DNA of 62,886 nt, the filler included, from Octopus bimaculoides (Eukaryota): assembly GCF_001194135.2 (NCBI RefSeq). It is 4 parts of 4 records of this genome, joined end to end, with 100 filler letters (N's around TTAATTAATTAA, not from the genome) between each part and the next. Parts side by side here need not be neighbours in the genome. Positions count along the whole stretch, not along the records: positions 51,063 to 59,781 come from NC_068996.1; positions 59,882 to 62,886 come from NC_068986.1; 2 more parts are not named here. One strand, given 5' to 3'. The notes beneath the pieces are model-generated. The model made no database searches, had not been told where the DNA came from, and was given only the letters and a program-made list of their open reading frames with translations. A program made the translations under genes and the position numbers. How positions within the stretch are numbered: the stretch's first letter is position 1; every line of letters starts with the position of its first letter. This document shows positions 52,505 through 62,886 of the stretch, one piece after another.

Positions 52505-52929
52505 TGTTTAGTAGTAATTACAGAGAGAGATAGAATGATGTAAGAGAACAGAATTAGAGCTAGTGAGAGTTGTAGGGTGTAGGACGTTGCCTCACAGTTG
52601 CTGACAGTAAACTTCATTTCTCCCTCTGGCCAAAGTTCTAGCTGGTCAGCCAGACTTCATTCTCACTGAGTCGTCACCATGTGACTGGACTCGTTGAGTC
52701 GTCAGCGACTGGTGACTAACTGTTTTTGTTTTTTTTTGCTTGGGGTTTTCTTGCTTTTATAACTATCTAGAAGGATAGACATATCATTGAGAACAATAGA
52801 TTTAGTTGGTGATCTTGTTATCTCTATTCTAGCTTTTGGTGGTCTAGGAGAGGTTAGAAAGGGTCAAGGGGTGAAGACATTATTTCGGCCTAGCTAAAGT
52901 CATCTGGAAAATGAAAAACTGCTGCAACA
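52505..52929 (-). mobile_element. Possible solo LTR
   Basis: TG...CA-bounded, GC-richer segment; no matching TSD found. Confidence 0.3.
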
Positions 52930-53156
52930 GAAAAACCATTGTTTCACCGTGGGAAAAGTTCTGTTGCAGTGTTAATTTAAATTTGGCTATAGTGGATCGA
53001 ATCCACTTCATGCATGCAAGATCCACTACATATGCCTGATGTGGCGGAACAGTCTTCTTTTAGGTATATGGCTGTTCAATTTATTTCTCTCTGCCAGTCT
53101 GTCTGTCTCTTTCTGTCTCTCCCTCCCCTCTCTCTCTTTCTTTCTCTCCCTCTCTT

Positions 53157-53247
53157 TCTCCTGCAAATCACACCTTAATCTCTCTCTCTCCCCTCTCTCA
53201 GTAGAGAGAGAGAGGGAGAGAGAGATTAAGGTGTGATTTGCAGGAGA
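53157..53247. repeat. Perfect 32-bp inverted repeat (hairpin)
   Basis: 53157-53188 pairs exactly with 53216-53247; CT/AG inner region. Confidence 0.95.
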
Positions 53248-54669
53248 TTTGGTAGTTATTTCTACCAGAATTAGCGACCAGATAAAACCCCAGCCGTTGC
53301 TTGATCAATTTTGATGTTCTATGATAAAAGTATTCCATCCATGACTATCTCAACTTATTTTCTGAAAGTACGTATCCAGTACTACATCATCCAAATGTGT
53401 CCTTCCTTCTCAAAACAGTTGTTTTAAGTTTGGGGGGAATTTGACAGCTATTTCTTGTAGATCGATTGGTCACGTAGAGGCTCTTTGGTAAGATTATTGA
53501 TTGTTGTTTGGCTAGATTATTGATTGTTGTTTTGGCTCAGATAAACTGATCGAACAGACCTTTAATTCTAGATCTTTGATCAAGAACATTCATACATTAA
53601 AGCCATGAATATTACCTCTTTCTCTTTCCTTCGAGTTTTGGGATAGCTGTCCCTCGAAACCCCAAATGTCGTTGGAGAAGAGAGAGGGAAAAAAGAACGG
53701 AATTGAGAGGCAAAAAAAGTTGAAATTCTTTTAGTATGCTTGTATGAAACACAAGCATACTAAAAGGAGGAAAAACAACTTTTTTTTTTTCATTTTCTCA
53801 TGAGGTATAAGACTTCGAGGACAACTATGCCAAAACTCCACATTTCTTTCTTTATTTATTTTTAACAATAGAACTACATTGTGACATATCGATTTCGAAG
53901 ACGATCAGGTATAACCCAAAGAAGATTCAGCTGCTGTTTCCAGCAGCAATAACATGACCACAGGTTCTCCCTCCTGGTTGTCGTGTTGTTCGTATGGGAG
54001 ATAACTCTGGCGGAAGTAGAATTAACGAAAACAAAATCCCATCGGTTTTTGAAACGAGAGGCATTTTTCCAAAAATACTTAAGCACCGTGATGGAGACGA
54101 TGGCAAATAGTCTTAAAAATTCCCCCAAAGGACAATTAATATATAAAAGAACTACAGATGTTAAGCGATTACTGGTATATATACAATTTTAATTATGATT
54201 ATATGTACTGCAATTTAATTTTTTTCCTTTCTCTTTGGTGAAATACGTTTGAATAGTAGGCAAATTGAATGATCAGGGCAAAATGAATAACTTCTAATTT
54301 CTTGTTTTCTCTTTACTTGTACTGCATCATTATTTTGTACCGTTGCATCATCTTTAGGAGTTAAAATTGGTCAGCATAGTTGTTGTTGAAGTTGAGAGAG
54401 TTTGTAAAAAGTGTTTGAATCAAAGTCAAAAATTCAGTTTTTAAATCTCATTTTGCAATCCTCACATCCTCATTTGTATATGTCACTAATGATGCTTTAA
54501 TTTCATAATATATTGCTGGTATTCATTAATGAGAATCCTGTCTTCTTGAAGATTGAAAGGCTGTCTCTTAATTTCTGTGAATCTTTTCTTTATCTGTTCT
54601 TTTTTTCGCTCAAGATTGCCATGTATTTCGAATTTGGCGGTATAAATCATTGGAGCCTTTCGATCTTTT

Positions 54670-55300
54670 CATTGTGGCCGGCACATAGGAAAAATAATTT
54701 TTTGTAACTAAACACTTTCAAATTTCGTATACTGGTAGAATGTGTCATTTAAAACATCATTTATTCTTGGCGTTTTTAAGGAAATTCTTTATTTTCGAAG
54801 TTATTTCGTGTTAAAGTCGTCGTATTTCGATAATTTGAACTAATCAATGACGTCTATTGAGGTGAAAACAATTACTGCTGTGGTTTGTCAACAAGACGTT
54901 CTGGCGGTTTAAATTTACCTTTTCACTGTTATTTATGACATCGTTCGTGCTGGTTTTAGTTTTAGGGTTTTAGGATTAGGGTTAGAGTTTTAGAGTTAGG
55001 GTTAAAGTTTTAGGGTTAGGTTAGGGTTAAAGTTTTAGGGTTAGGTTAGGGTTTTTTTTCAGCTACTATTTTCGGAAAGACATTTTTGCTCCCCTCCCCC
55101 TCCAATTTCTTCATTTTTCACATTTTTCGTAACTCTAACCCTAAAATCCCAACCCTAACCTGACCCTAAAGCCCTAACCCTAACTCTAAAACCCTAACCC
55201 CCTAAAGCTAAAACCAGTACAAACGCACGAATGATGTCATAAATAACAGTAAAAAACGAAACATATACTGCCGATAGTTTTTGCTGACAAACAACGGCAG
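54670..55300. mobile_element. Non-autonomous DNA element with inverted arms carrying telomere-like repeats
   Basis: Degenerate TTAGGG (54962-55052), ~75-bp spacer, degenerate CCCTAA (55130-55206); mirrored unique flanks out to about 54875 and 55300. Confidence 0.65.
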
Positions 55301-56139
55301 TAAAGGAGAGGCATATTTGCCTCCACTGATTCAGTTGCAAAGTGTTGAGTAAAGTTATTTGGTTCCAGACCTCTTTTGAGTCTTTTTATTATCACTGGGT
55401 CACACATAGTCCCCGATGGTAACATTGATTTCAAGGCCTTCTAAGATGAGTGACTGATTATTGAAAGACACTTATAGATTGTAAATTTATTCTGTTCAGT
55501 TACTTATCAGTATAGTGGTCATTTGCAAACTCCAGAGGTGACATTTTCATTTCCTCTTACCCCTCACGTCACACAGTTGTTAATGTTTCAGTTGGGTCAC
55601 GCCCTTCCAATTGCTATAGATCCGTAATGCATCTTACGTCTGTGCCTGTCACCTGTATGGTGAGGAATCCTACATTGGGGAGTAGTAACAACTAAGTTAG
55701 GGTAGCTGACTGCTTATTGTGATCATTCATCTTTTGCTTTCCTGTAGCTTTGCTCTCTTTTACAAACCCAGTGAACATACATATATTTCCTATTTCAAAG
55801 AAATTCAAACAATACATATTACACACAAGTTAAAAAGATTCCCAACAATTAAACTTCTCTGGTTGACATTAATACACCCATCACCAATAGGAGCCTTAAC
55901 TCCCACATTTTAGAGCTCCATGACCTCCATTTTTCAGGAGCAAAATCCTTTGAACTGGTTCCATAAGACTGGAATTTTGGAATCTGCGCATAAAGATCAG
56001 TAGTATGGGATACATGTGTCATGATTAGAATTTTTTTAGGGTGTGTAAAGAGGGAAAGAATCTTCATCTGCAATTTTGATGAAATTCGAATCATAGGTAT
56101 TCCACTTCATTACAGAACATATAACAGAAAATTCTAACT

Positions 56140-56174
56140 CTTCAATTGCATGTAACACCGGGTAGCTCTGCTAG
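56140..56174 (+). mobile_element. Helitron-like 3' terminus
   Basis: ..caccgggtagctctgCTAG|t with degenerate subterminal hairpin; similar to revcomp of 59461-59490. Confidence 0.5.
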
Positions 56175-56889
56175 TTATATATATGTTTATATGGTGCAAG
56201 ACAGGTGAGGTGCAAATGGTGTATTAGTTTGGCGCTCAAGAAAATAAGAAGTCTGGCGTTTTGAGCCTATGTAATGGTTAAAGGTGTATCAGAATGTGTC
56301 GACGTAATGACATTAATTTATTGTTTAAATCATTTATTTGCTGTTGGTATACACAAGTTTTCATGACATTTGTTGTCAACTGCTATGAGTTGAAATGAAT
56401 AAAGACAGGATACATCTGTGGATGTGATGTGGTAGAACTGAATGTTTTGTGTCTGTGCGTGCGTCGTTCATCTGAGAAAGTAGTCAGCTATCTTGTGAGT
56501 TGTCTCTTCTTCATGAGCCTTTCTGCCTGTCCCTTTGCTGACCAAAGTATTTATAACAGCCGTGGCTGCTAGAAAGACAGACATACTACAGGAGAGATTG
56601 TATCTAAATAGGTCAGCTCCTGTCCATTTGAACTTCGCCTGACATGGCTGAGGTCAAAGGGAAACCATTTATCATTTTTTGACAGGACAAGGAAAATTCC
56701 TTTTGGGCCTGTTGGTTCGTGGTGGCTCAGACGAGCAAGAATCCTTAGATTTGGTTTCGAATCTAACCTTAGAGGAAAGAAGTGTTAGTTTTTACACTAC
56801 CCACCTTCTAGTGAGAAAGCCACAGAGATCGAACGATATTGTAAATGTGATTTTGTGTGTAATGCAGGAAAAATTTATACAGTGTATAA

Positions 56890-57180
56890 GTGCAGGAGTG
56901 GCTGTGTGATAAGTAGTTTGCTTACCAACCACATGGTTCTGGGTTCAGTCCTACTGCGTGACACCTTGGGCAAGTGTCTTCTATTATAACCTCAGGCCAA
57001 CCAAAACCTTGTGAGTGGATTTGGTAGACGGAAACTGAAAGAAGCCCATCATATATATGTATGTGTGTGTCTGTGTTTGTCCCCCCAACATCGCTTGACA
57101 ACTGATGCTGGTGTGTTTACATCCCCGTAAATTAGTGGTTTGGCAAAAGAGACCGATAGAATAAGTACTAGGCTTCCAAA
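56890..57180 (+). mobile_element. SINE family C copy
   Basis: gcaggagtggctgtgtgataagtagtttgcttaccaaccacatggttctgggttcagtcc... gaaactgaaagaagccc (TA/TG) gtttgtccccccaac...aataagtactaggctt. Confidence 0.9.
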
Positions 57181-57329
57181 AATAATGTACCTAACTCAGA
57201 AAGACACACACACACTGTGAGACATATACACACTCATACACTTACATACATTCACAGACAGATACACAATATACAAAATGAGACAAAGTCATCGTCGTCG
57301 TCGTCATCATGGTTAAAATTAAAAGTATA

Positions 57330-57613
57330 AAAGTGAAACTATATCACATTACAATATACATGTTATTGTTTCACTTTTATTCTTTGAGCTTTGACACGTA
57401 ATATGGAACCTATGCCAATGTTGTGTTGTTTTAATCCAAAAAATTACACGTTGACACTCACAGGGTCTCATAGTATTACCATGTAAAATTTGATTTGATT
57501 TGGTTGAGCCGTTTGAGAATGCATTGGGAACAGACAGAGAGACAAAGGATTTGAGTCGTTTGAGAAAACATTGAGAACAGAAAGAGAAACAAAGGATTTT
57601 ATATATATATAGA
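57330..57613 (-). mobile_element. Helitron-like non-autonomous element, 5' end
   Basis: Minus begins a|TCtatatatatataaaatcc; internal ~45-bp tandem duplication (gtttgagaa..gaacag..acaaaggatt). Confidence 0.45.
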
Positions 57614-57619
57614 TTATTA

Positions 57620-57830
57620 TTTCAAATTTTTGCCACAAGGGCAGCTTGTGGGAGGTGGGAATGAGTTAATTACATCGACCCCAGTGTTCAACTGGTACTT
57701 ATTTTATCAACCCTGAAGAGATGGAAAACAAAGTTGACCTTGGCAGAATTTGAACTCAGAACATAGCAATGGCTGAAATACTGCTAAGCATTTCATCCAG
57801 CACGCTAACAATTCTGCCATCTCACCACCC

Positions 57831-57832
<2 letters not shown>
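57620..57832 (-). mobile_element. SINE family D copy
   Basis: Family diagnostic sequence, followed by (AAT)n. Confidence 0.85.
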
Positions 57833-57872
<40 letters not shown>

Positions 57873-58375
57873 GGAGTGTTATCATGTACATTGTTTTGTC
57901 TTGGTATATAAGATGGGCTACAGCAAATATTCTGCTCAATAGTATAGATTTGCTTGTCAGTTGTTTGACTTTAACCAGTTGAGCATGTCCCTTAGTGGCT
58001 GATGATATGTGCATCTCTGATCACAAGCAGGAGTAGTGGGGAAGCATCATAGCCATGTGTTGAGAGGAATTCTTTGGGGTTTGGATAATTCACTTTTGGA
58101 AACATGGGTGTTTTGCTCAACATCCTTAAACAAACCTTATTCAGGGATCTTTTGAGTGGGATGGGCTACTCGATCTGAAGAAAATTCTAACATGGCCCCA
58201 CTTGTAAGGTCATGTTTTGTTTCTCTTGATACGAGATCACCATGTCACGCACATATGGTTGTGATGCATGTGCTTGGTGTACCCTTATCGGACGGATAGT
58301 CATGATGGGTATAATGGGTTTCGTATATTTTACCCCATTGTCACTTTGATGGCATGAACTGCTCTCTCACTCAAT
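57873..58375 (+). mobile_element. 3' fragment of a non-LTR retrotransposon, flanked by (AAT)n
   Basis: Ends ctgctctctcactc(aat)n; homologous inverted copy at 60130-60585. Confidence 0.7.
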
Positions 58376-58409
58376 AATAATAATAATAATAATAATAATG
58401 ACGGTGATG

Positions 58410-59295
58410 GTGGTTTAAAATTTGGGCTCAAGGCTAACAATTTTTCAGGGAGAGGGTAAGTCAATTAAATCAATTCAGTACCTAACTGATACTTAGTTTA
58501 TCAACCCCGAAAGGATGAAAGGCAAAGTCAACCTCGGTAGAATTTGAACTCAGAATGTAGAGACAGACAAAAAGCATCTTAGCATGTTAATAATTCTGCC
58601 AGCTCACCACTTAAAGATGCTAAGTAATATTAATAACAACATACGATGATGACAATTATTTACAAGGCCAGAAATTTAGAGGAAGCAGACAGGTAATTAA
58701 ATTACACCCAGTTTTTAACTGGTACTTTACATTATTAGTTCTGGAACAATAAATGACTAAGTTGACCTCATCAGGATTTGAACTTGCCACATAGTGAGTG
58801 GGAACTAAGTAATTCTAGAATTTATCCAACATTCAAATGATTCTACCTATCCACTACTGCAGCAATATTAATGATTCTTAACATAAGCACAGTGCTATCA
58901 ATTTGAGGGTAGGGAGCAGTTGATTATATTAACTCCAGTATTTGACTAGTACTCTTTATTAATCCCAGAATTATGAAAAGTGACTTTGACTTCAACAGGA
59001 TTTGAACTCAAAATTTGAACCAGAACAAACATCGCAAGGCATTTTGTTCAATGTTCTAATGATTATGCCTAATAATAATAATAATAATAATAATTAATTG
59101 TTTCAAATTTTGGCTCAAGGCGAAGGGCTAAGTAAGTTACATCGATCCCAACTCTCAACTGGTAGTTATTTTATCGACCCCAGGATGAAAGGTAAAGTCA
59201 ACCTCAGCAGAATTTGAACTCAGAACATAGTGACAGACAAAATACCACTAAGCATTTCACCTAATATGCTATCAATTCTGTCAGCTCACCACCTG
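58410..59295 (-). mobile_element. Cluster of four SINE family D copies separated by (AAT)n
   Basis: atttgaact B-box-like motif recurs at about 58540, 58775, 59000 and 59210 with family flanks. Confidence 0.8.
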
Positions 59296-59460
59296 AAATA
59301 ATAATAATAATAATCATAATAATAATAATGATATTAATAATGTACTTTCAGTATACTTGTATATTGTTCTTATTGCCAAGATGGGGTTTTTATAGTAATT
59401 CAAACATATGAGATCCCTGGGAGGCAGGGAACCATGTCCTACTTTCCACTTTATTTTAAA

Positions 59461-59781
59461 CTAGCAGAAATACCCAGCGTTGCCTGGGTTAAAGAGTATA
59501 ATGAAATCTAAAAACGCCGTCTAGACTACGCAACCCTCAACTGTTAGTAGCTACGATACCATATTTCTACATTAATAACTCTCCAATCCATGCCAGCATG
59601 GAACATAGATATTAAGTGGAATGCTAGAAGAAAGTTTTCAACTCATATGTATATAAAGTAAATACACGTAATTCAGAAACACGTTTTGTGTATTTAATTT
59701 CGTAACCAAACAAACAGGTACAGATTATAAATAATGAAAGGCCAATTTTGGTGATTCATTTGACAGAGGTAGTAGAGAGAC
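59461..59781 (-). mobile_element. Helitron 3' terminus
   Basis: Plus a|ctagcagaaat acccag-cgttgc-ctgggt: CTAG end plus a GC-rich hairpin close to the end, at an A|T site. Confidence 0.7.
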
Positions 59782-60129
59782 NNNNNNNNNNNNNNNNNNN
59801 NNNNNNNNNNNNNNNNNNNNNNNNNTTAATTAATTAANNNNNNNNNNNNNNNNNNNNNNNNNNNNNNNNNNNNNNNNNNNNTATATATATATATATATAC
59901 ATATATATATACATATACATATATATATATATAGACAGATATATTATATACATATCTCTTTCTCTCTCCCTACGCATACACACACACACACACGCACATG
60001 TATATATAGATATAGATATATATAGACAGGTTGTAGATCAGTGACACGTGAGCCATTGAAGTTCATCGTGACTCGCTACAATATTAAATGTGATTAAAAT
60101 CTTGCTGAAAAGAGATAAATGTTCAATTA

Positions 60130-60585
60130 TTATTGAGAGAGCAGTGCATGCCATCAAAGTGACACTGAGGTAAAATATACGAAGTCCATTATACCCATTA
60201 TGACTACCTGTCTGATAAGGGTACACCAGACACATGCATCACAACCATATGTGCGCGACATGGTAATCTCATATCAAGATTAACAGCGCATACCTTGCTG
60301 GTGCGCCCCAGCTAGAATTTTATTTGGGTCTTGTAGCCCATCCCGCTCTAAAGGTCCATGAATAAGGGTTTTTAAGGATGTTGAATGAAACACCCATGAT
60401 TCCAGAAGTGAATTATCCAAACCCCAAAGAGTTCTTCTAAACACATGGCTATAATGCTCTCCCACTACTTCTGCTCTTGATGAGAGATGCACGTATCGTC
60501 AGCCACTAAGGGATATGCTCAAATGGTTAAGGTCAAACAACTGACAAGCAAATCTGTGTTATTGAGCAGAATATTTGCTGTAGCA
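60130..60585 (-). mobile_element. Second copy of the (AAT)-tailed LINE 3' fragment
   Basis: Revcomp aligns with about 57915-58375. Confidence 0.75.
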
Positions 60586-60660
60586 TTATTATTATTATTA
60601 TTATTATTATTGTTGTTGTTGTTATTATTATTATTGTTGTTGTTATTATTATTATTATTA

Positions 60661-60715
<55 letters not shown>

Positions 60716-60724
60716 TATTATTAT
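60586..60724. repeat. (TAT)n/(TGT)n microsatellite
   Basis: Direct reading. Confidence 0.95.
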
Positions 60725-60727
60725 GAA

Positions 60728-61012
60728 GTTAGTGAGCTGGCAGAATCGTTAACACGGGGGAAGATACTTAGCCTCATTTCGTCTCTCACATTCTGAGTTT
60801 ATATTCCGTCAAGGTCAACTTTGCCTGTCATCCTTTCGGGGTCGATAGAATAAGTACCAGTTGAGCACTTGGGTCGATTTAATCAAGTTGACTCTTCAAA
60901 GCTGCTAGTCTTGTTCCAAAATTTTAAATCATTATTAATATGATGATGAAAGCGGCGGTCTGGCAGAATCGTTTGCACGCCCTGCAAAATGCCTAGCAGC
61001 ATTTCGTCAGTC
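60728..61012 (+). mobile_element. SINE family D copy plus a second partial head
   Basis: gtgagctggcagaatcg...gtcaactttgcctgtcatcctttcggggtcgata; second head at about 60950. Confidence 0.8.
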
Positions 61013-61847
61013 TTTGAGTGCTGTATCTAACTAGTCAAATGATCACTTGTAGGCTTTACTCTTTGACGCTTATGGTTGGGTACTGTATAAGTTATTAATA
61101 CTTTTATCTGACGTATGTGACGCACCAACACTCGCTCTATCGTATTGGTATTTATTCTGCTTATTTTATTTTATTTGTTTACATTTTAGGTTCATTTCTG
61201 TGGACAACATTTATCCTTGTAAAAAAACAAGTACACATACTAACATATTTCTGTTTTGTTATAGCGATCGAGCATATCACAGATGCTGGCCCACTCGTAT
61301 ATAAATCTTTTCTTTTTCTTTCCAGTGCGTATGTGACTCAAGAACATTGGTGTCACGTAGCTGCCTTTCCCCATGTGAATTTATTATACTGAGAACTCCA
61401 ATCAATAATTGATATTTCCCTCACATTCTCTTTCAGCTTTCCACGGTTGATATTATTTTACCTATGTAAGTAATTTTGTGGTCGCTTCCCTCAAAGAAAA
61501 AAAAAAGTAAATGTGAATAAAAGGAACAATAATTTTTCTTGATTTTCTTTGAGAATATTATCAGGGTTGCACACCTTTATTTGAATCAAAGTATATAAGT
61601 GATGTAGAATGTCTCAAAGCATTGCACCTCTATTGCTCTCTGATGGAACTGCTAGAATAAGGTTTAACCAATTAGGTTATGTTATGATAGAAACTACTGG
61701 CAAACTGCCGAATGGACATAAGCGCACTTTCGTTCATGATTGTGAATATATTTATGCTCATACCTCGTAACTTTATTTTCAGCGTTTGTCGTAGTCATCA
61801 GCTTGTGGTAAATAAGGAAATTATTATTGTTGCTGCTGTAGTTGTTG

Positions 61848-61900
<53 letters not shown>

Positions 61901-62309
61901 GTTATCATTAAAATAATTACTGCTGTTGGCTGTGATGGTGTTATATTCGTTGTAGCCGTGTGGAATTTGCTTTGGTGTTGGTGGGGTCTGAGATGGTGGT
62001 ATTTGTGTCGTTATTTTTGTAGGTTACAGTTCTTCCTGTAAGTCGAATTGTTGCGGTTGTCGTTATTTTTTGGGAATAGATGCGAGGGACGTACAAAAAG
62101 AAAAATATATAAATTCACGAACTAAAAGAAAAAGGAACGTCAGAAAACAAGCAAAGTAGGGGCACCAAAATAATATTCAAAAGAAGGTGTTAACAATCGG
62201 AAAATTAAAAAGGCCCGCTACAAATCAAAACGACGACAAAACCGTCATATATGCAACATTAATTAGACATTTCATTTTTTCTCTATTCCCGCGTATACAC
62301 GTTACCCCA

Positions 62310-62580
62310 ACCTCTCACTTTCTCTCCTTCCCTCCCTCTCTCTCTCCTTTCCTCTCTCTCTCTCTCTCTCCTTTTCTCTCTCTCTCTCTTCTTTTCTTTC
62401 TCTCTCTCCTTTTCTCTCTCTCTCCTTTTCTCTCTCTCTTTCCCTTTCTCTCTCTCTCTTTTCTCTCTCTCTCCTCTTCCTTCTCTCTCTCTCCTTTTCT
62501 CTCTCTCTTCTTCCTTCTCTCTCTCTAACTCTATTCCTTTCACTCTGTATTTCTCCCCCTTCTCTCTCTTTCTCAATGGC
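62310..62580. repeat. (CT)n pyrimidine tract
   Basis: Direct reading. Confidence 0.9.
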
Positions 62581-62886
62581 CTCACTAGTCTTTGGTCGTT
62601 AGGCAAGTGTATCTTTCTTCAATTCATGACCATCTAGTGTGATAATTTACAACAGGTTCTGCCAAACACTGAAAAGATTCGATCTTAGATTAATACATAA
62701 CTATTTGTATGTGAGTACACAATTTATCTAAGTTTGTGGGAATATATATACATATCTGTGTGTGTATGTGTGTGTGCATTTGTGTATGTATGTGAGTATG
62801 TATGTGTGCATGCATGTATGTATGCATGTATGCATGCATGTATGTATACGTATGCGACGTGCATGTATATATATATATGTATATAT

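Overview
AT-rich, gap-ridden animal genomic scaffold. The dense (CA)n/(TA)n/(TATG)n/(AAT)n microsatellites and the SINE families look like an Octopus (coleoid cephalopod) genome; this is an inference from repeat recognition. No intact host gene, RNA gene or CRISPR array is recognisable, and most ORFs in the track are microsatellite or N-run artefacts. The window is mostly decayed mobile elements: four tRNA-derived SINE families (several with exact TSDs), three Penelope-like (GIY-YIG) remnants of two types, two DD37D/maT-type and one full-length mariner transposon, a Tigger-like MITE, a Ty3/Gypsy gag start with PBS, solo LTRs, RLE- and CR1/Jockey-type LINE fragments, and Helitron termini. Strongest observations: (1) a 1.73-kb LINE derivative carrying only ORF1 that splits a tRNA-derived SINE head, with a perfect 12-bp TSD; (2) a Naiad-type Penelope element with a twin-priming-like 5' inversion whose reading frame rejoins across a 13-bp breakpoint duplication; (3) an inverted TTAGGG/CCCTAA array inside ~180-bp inverted arms; (4) hammerhead-ribozyme-like motifs; (5) a perfect 32-bp hairpin; (6) weak, phase-compatible candidate exons of a Cys-rich protein at 37.5-39.9 kb. 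All family assignments come from recalled motifs; no database search was run.
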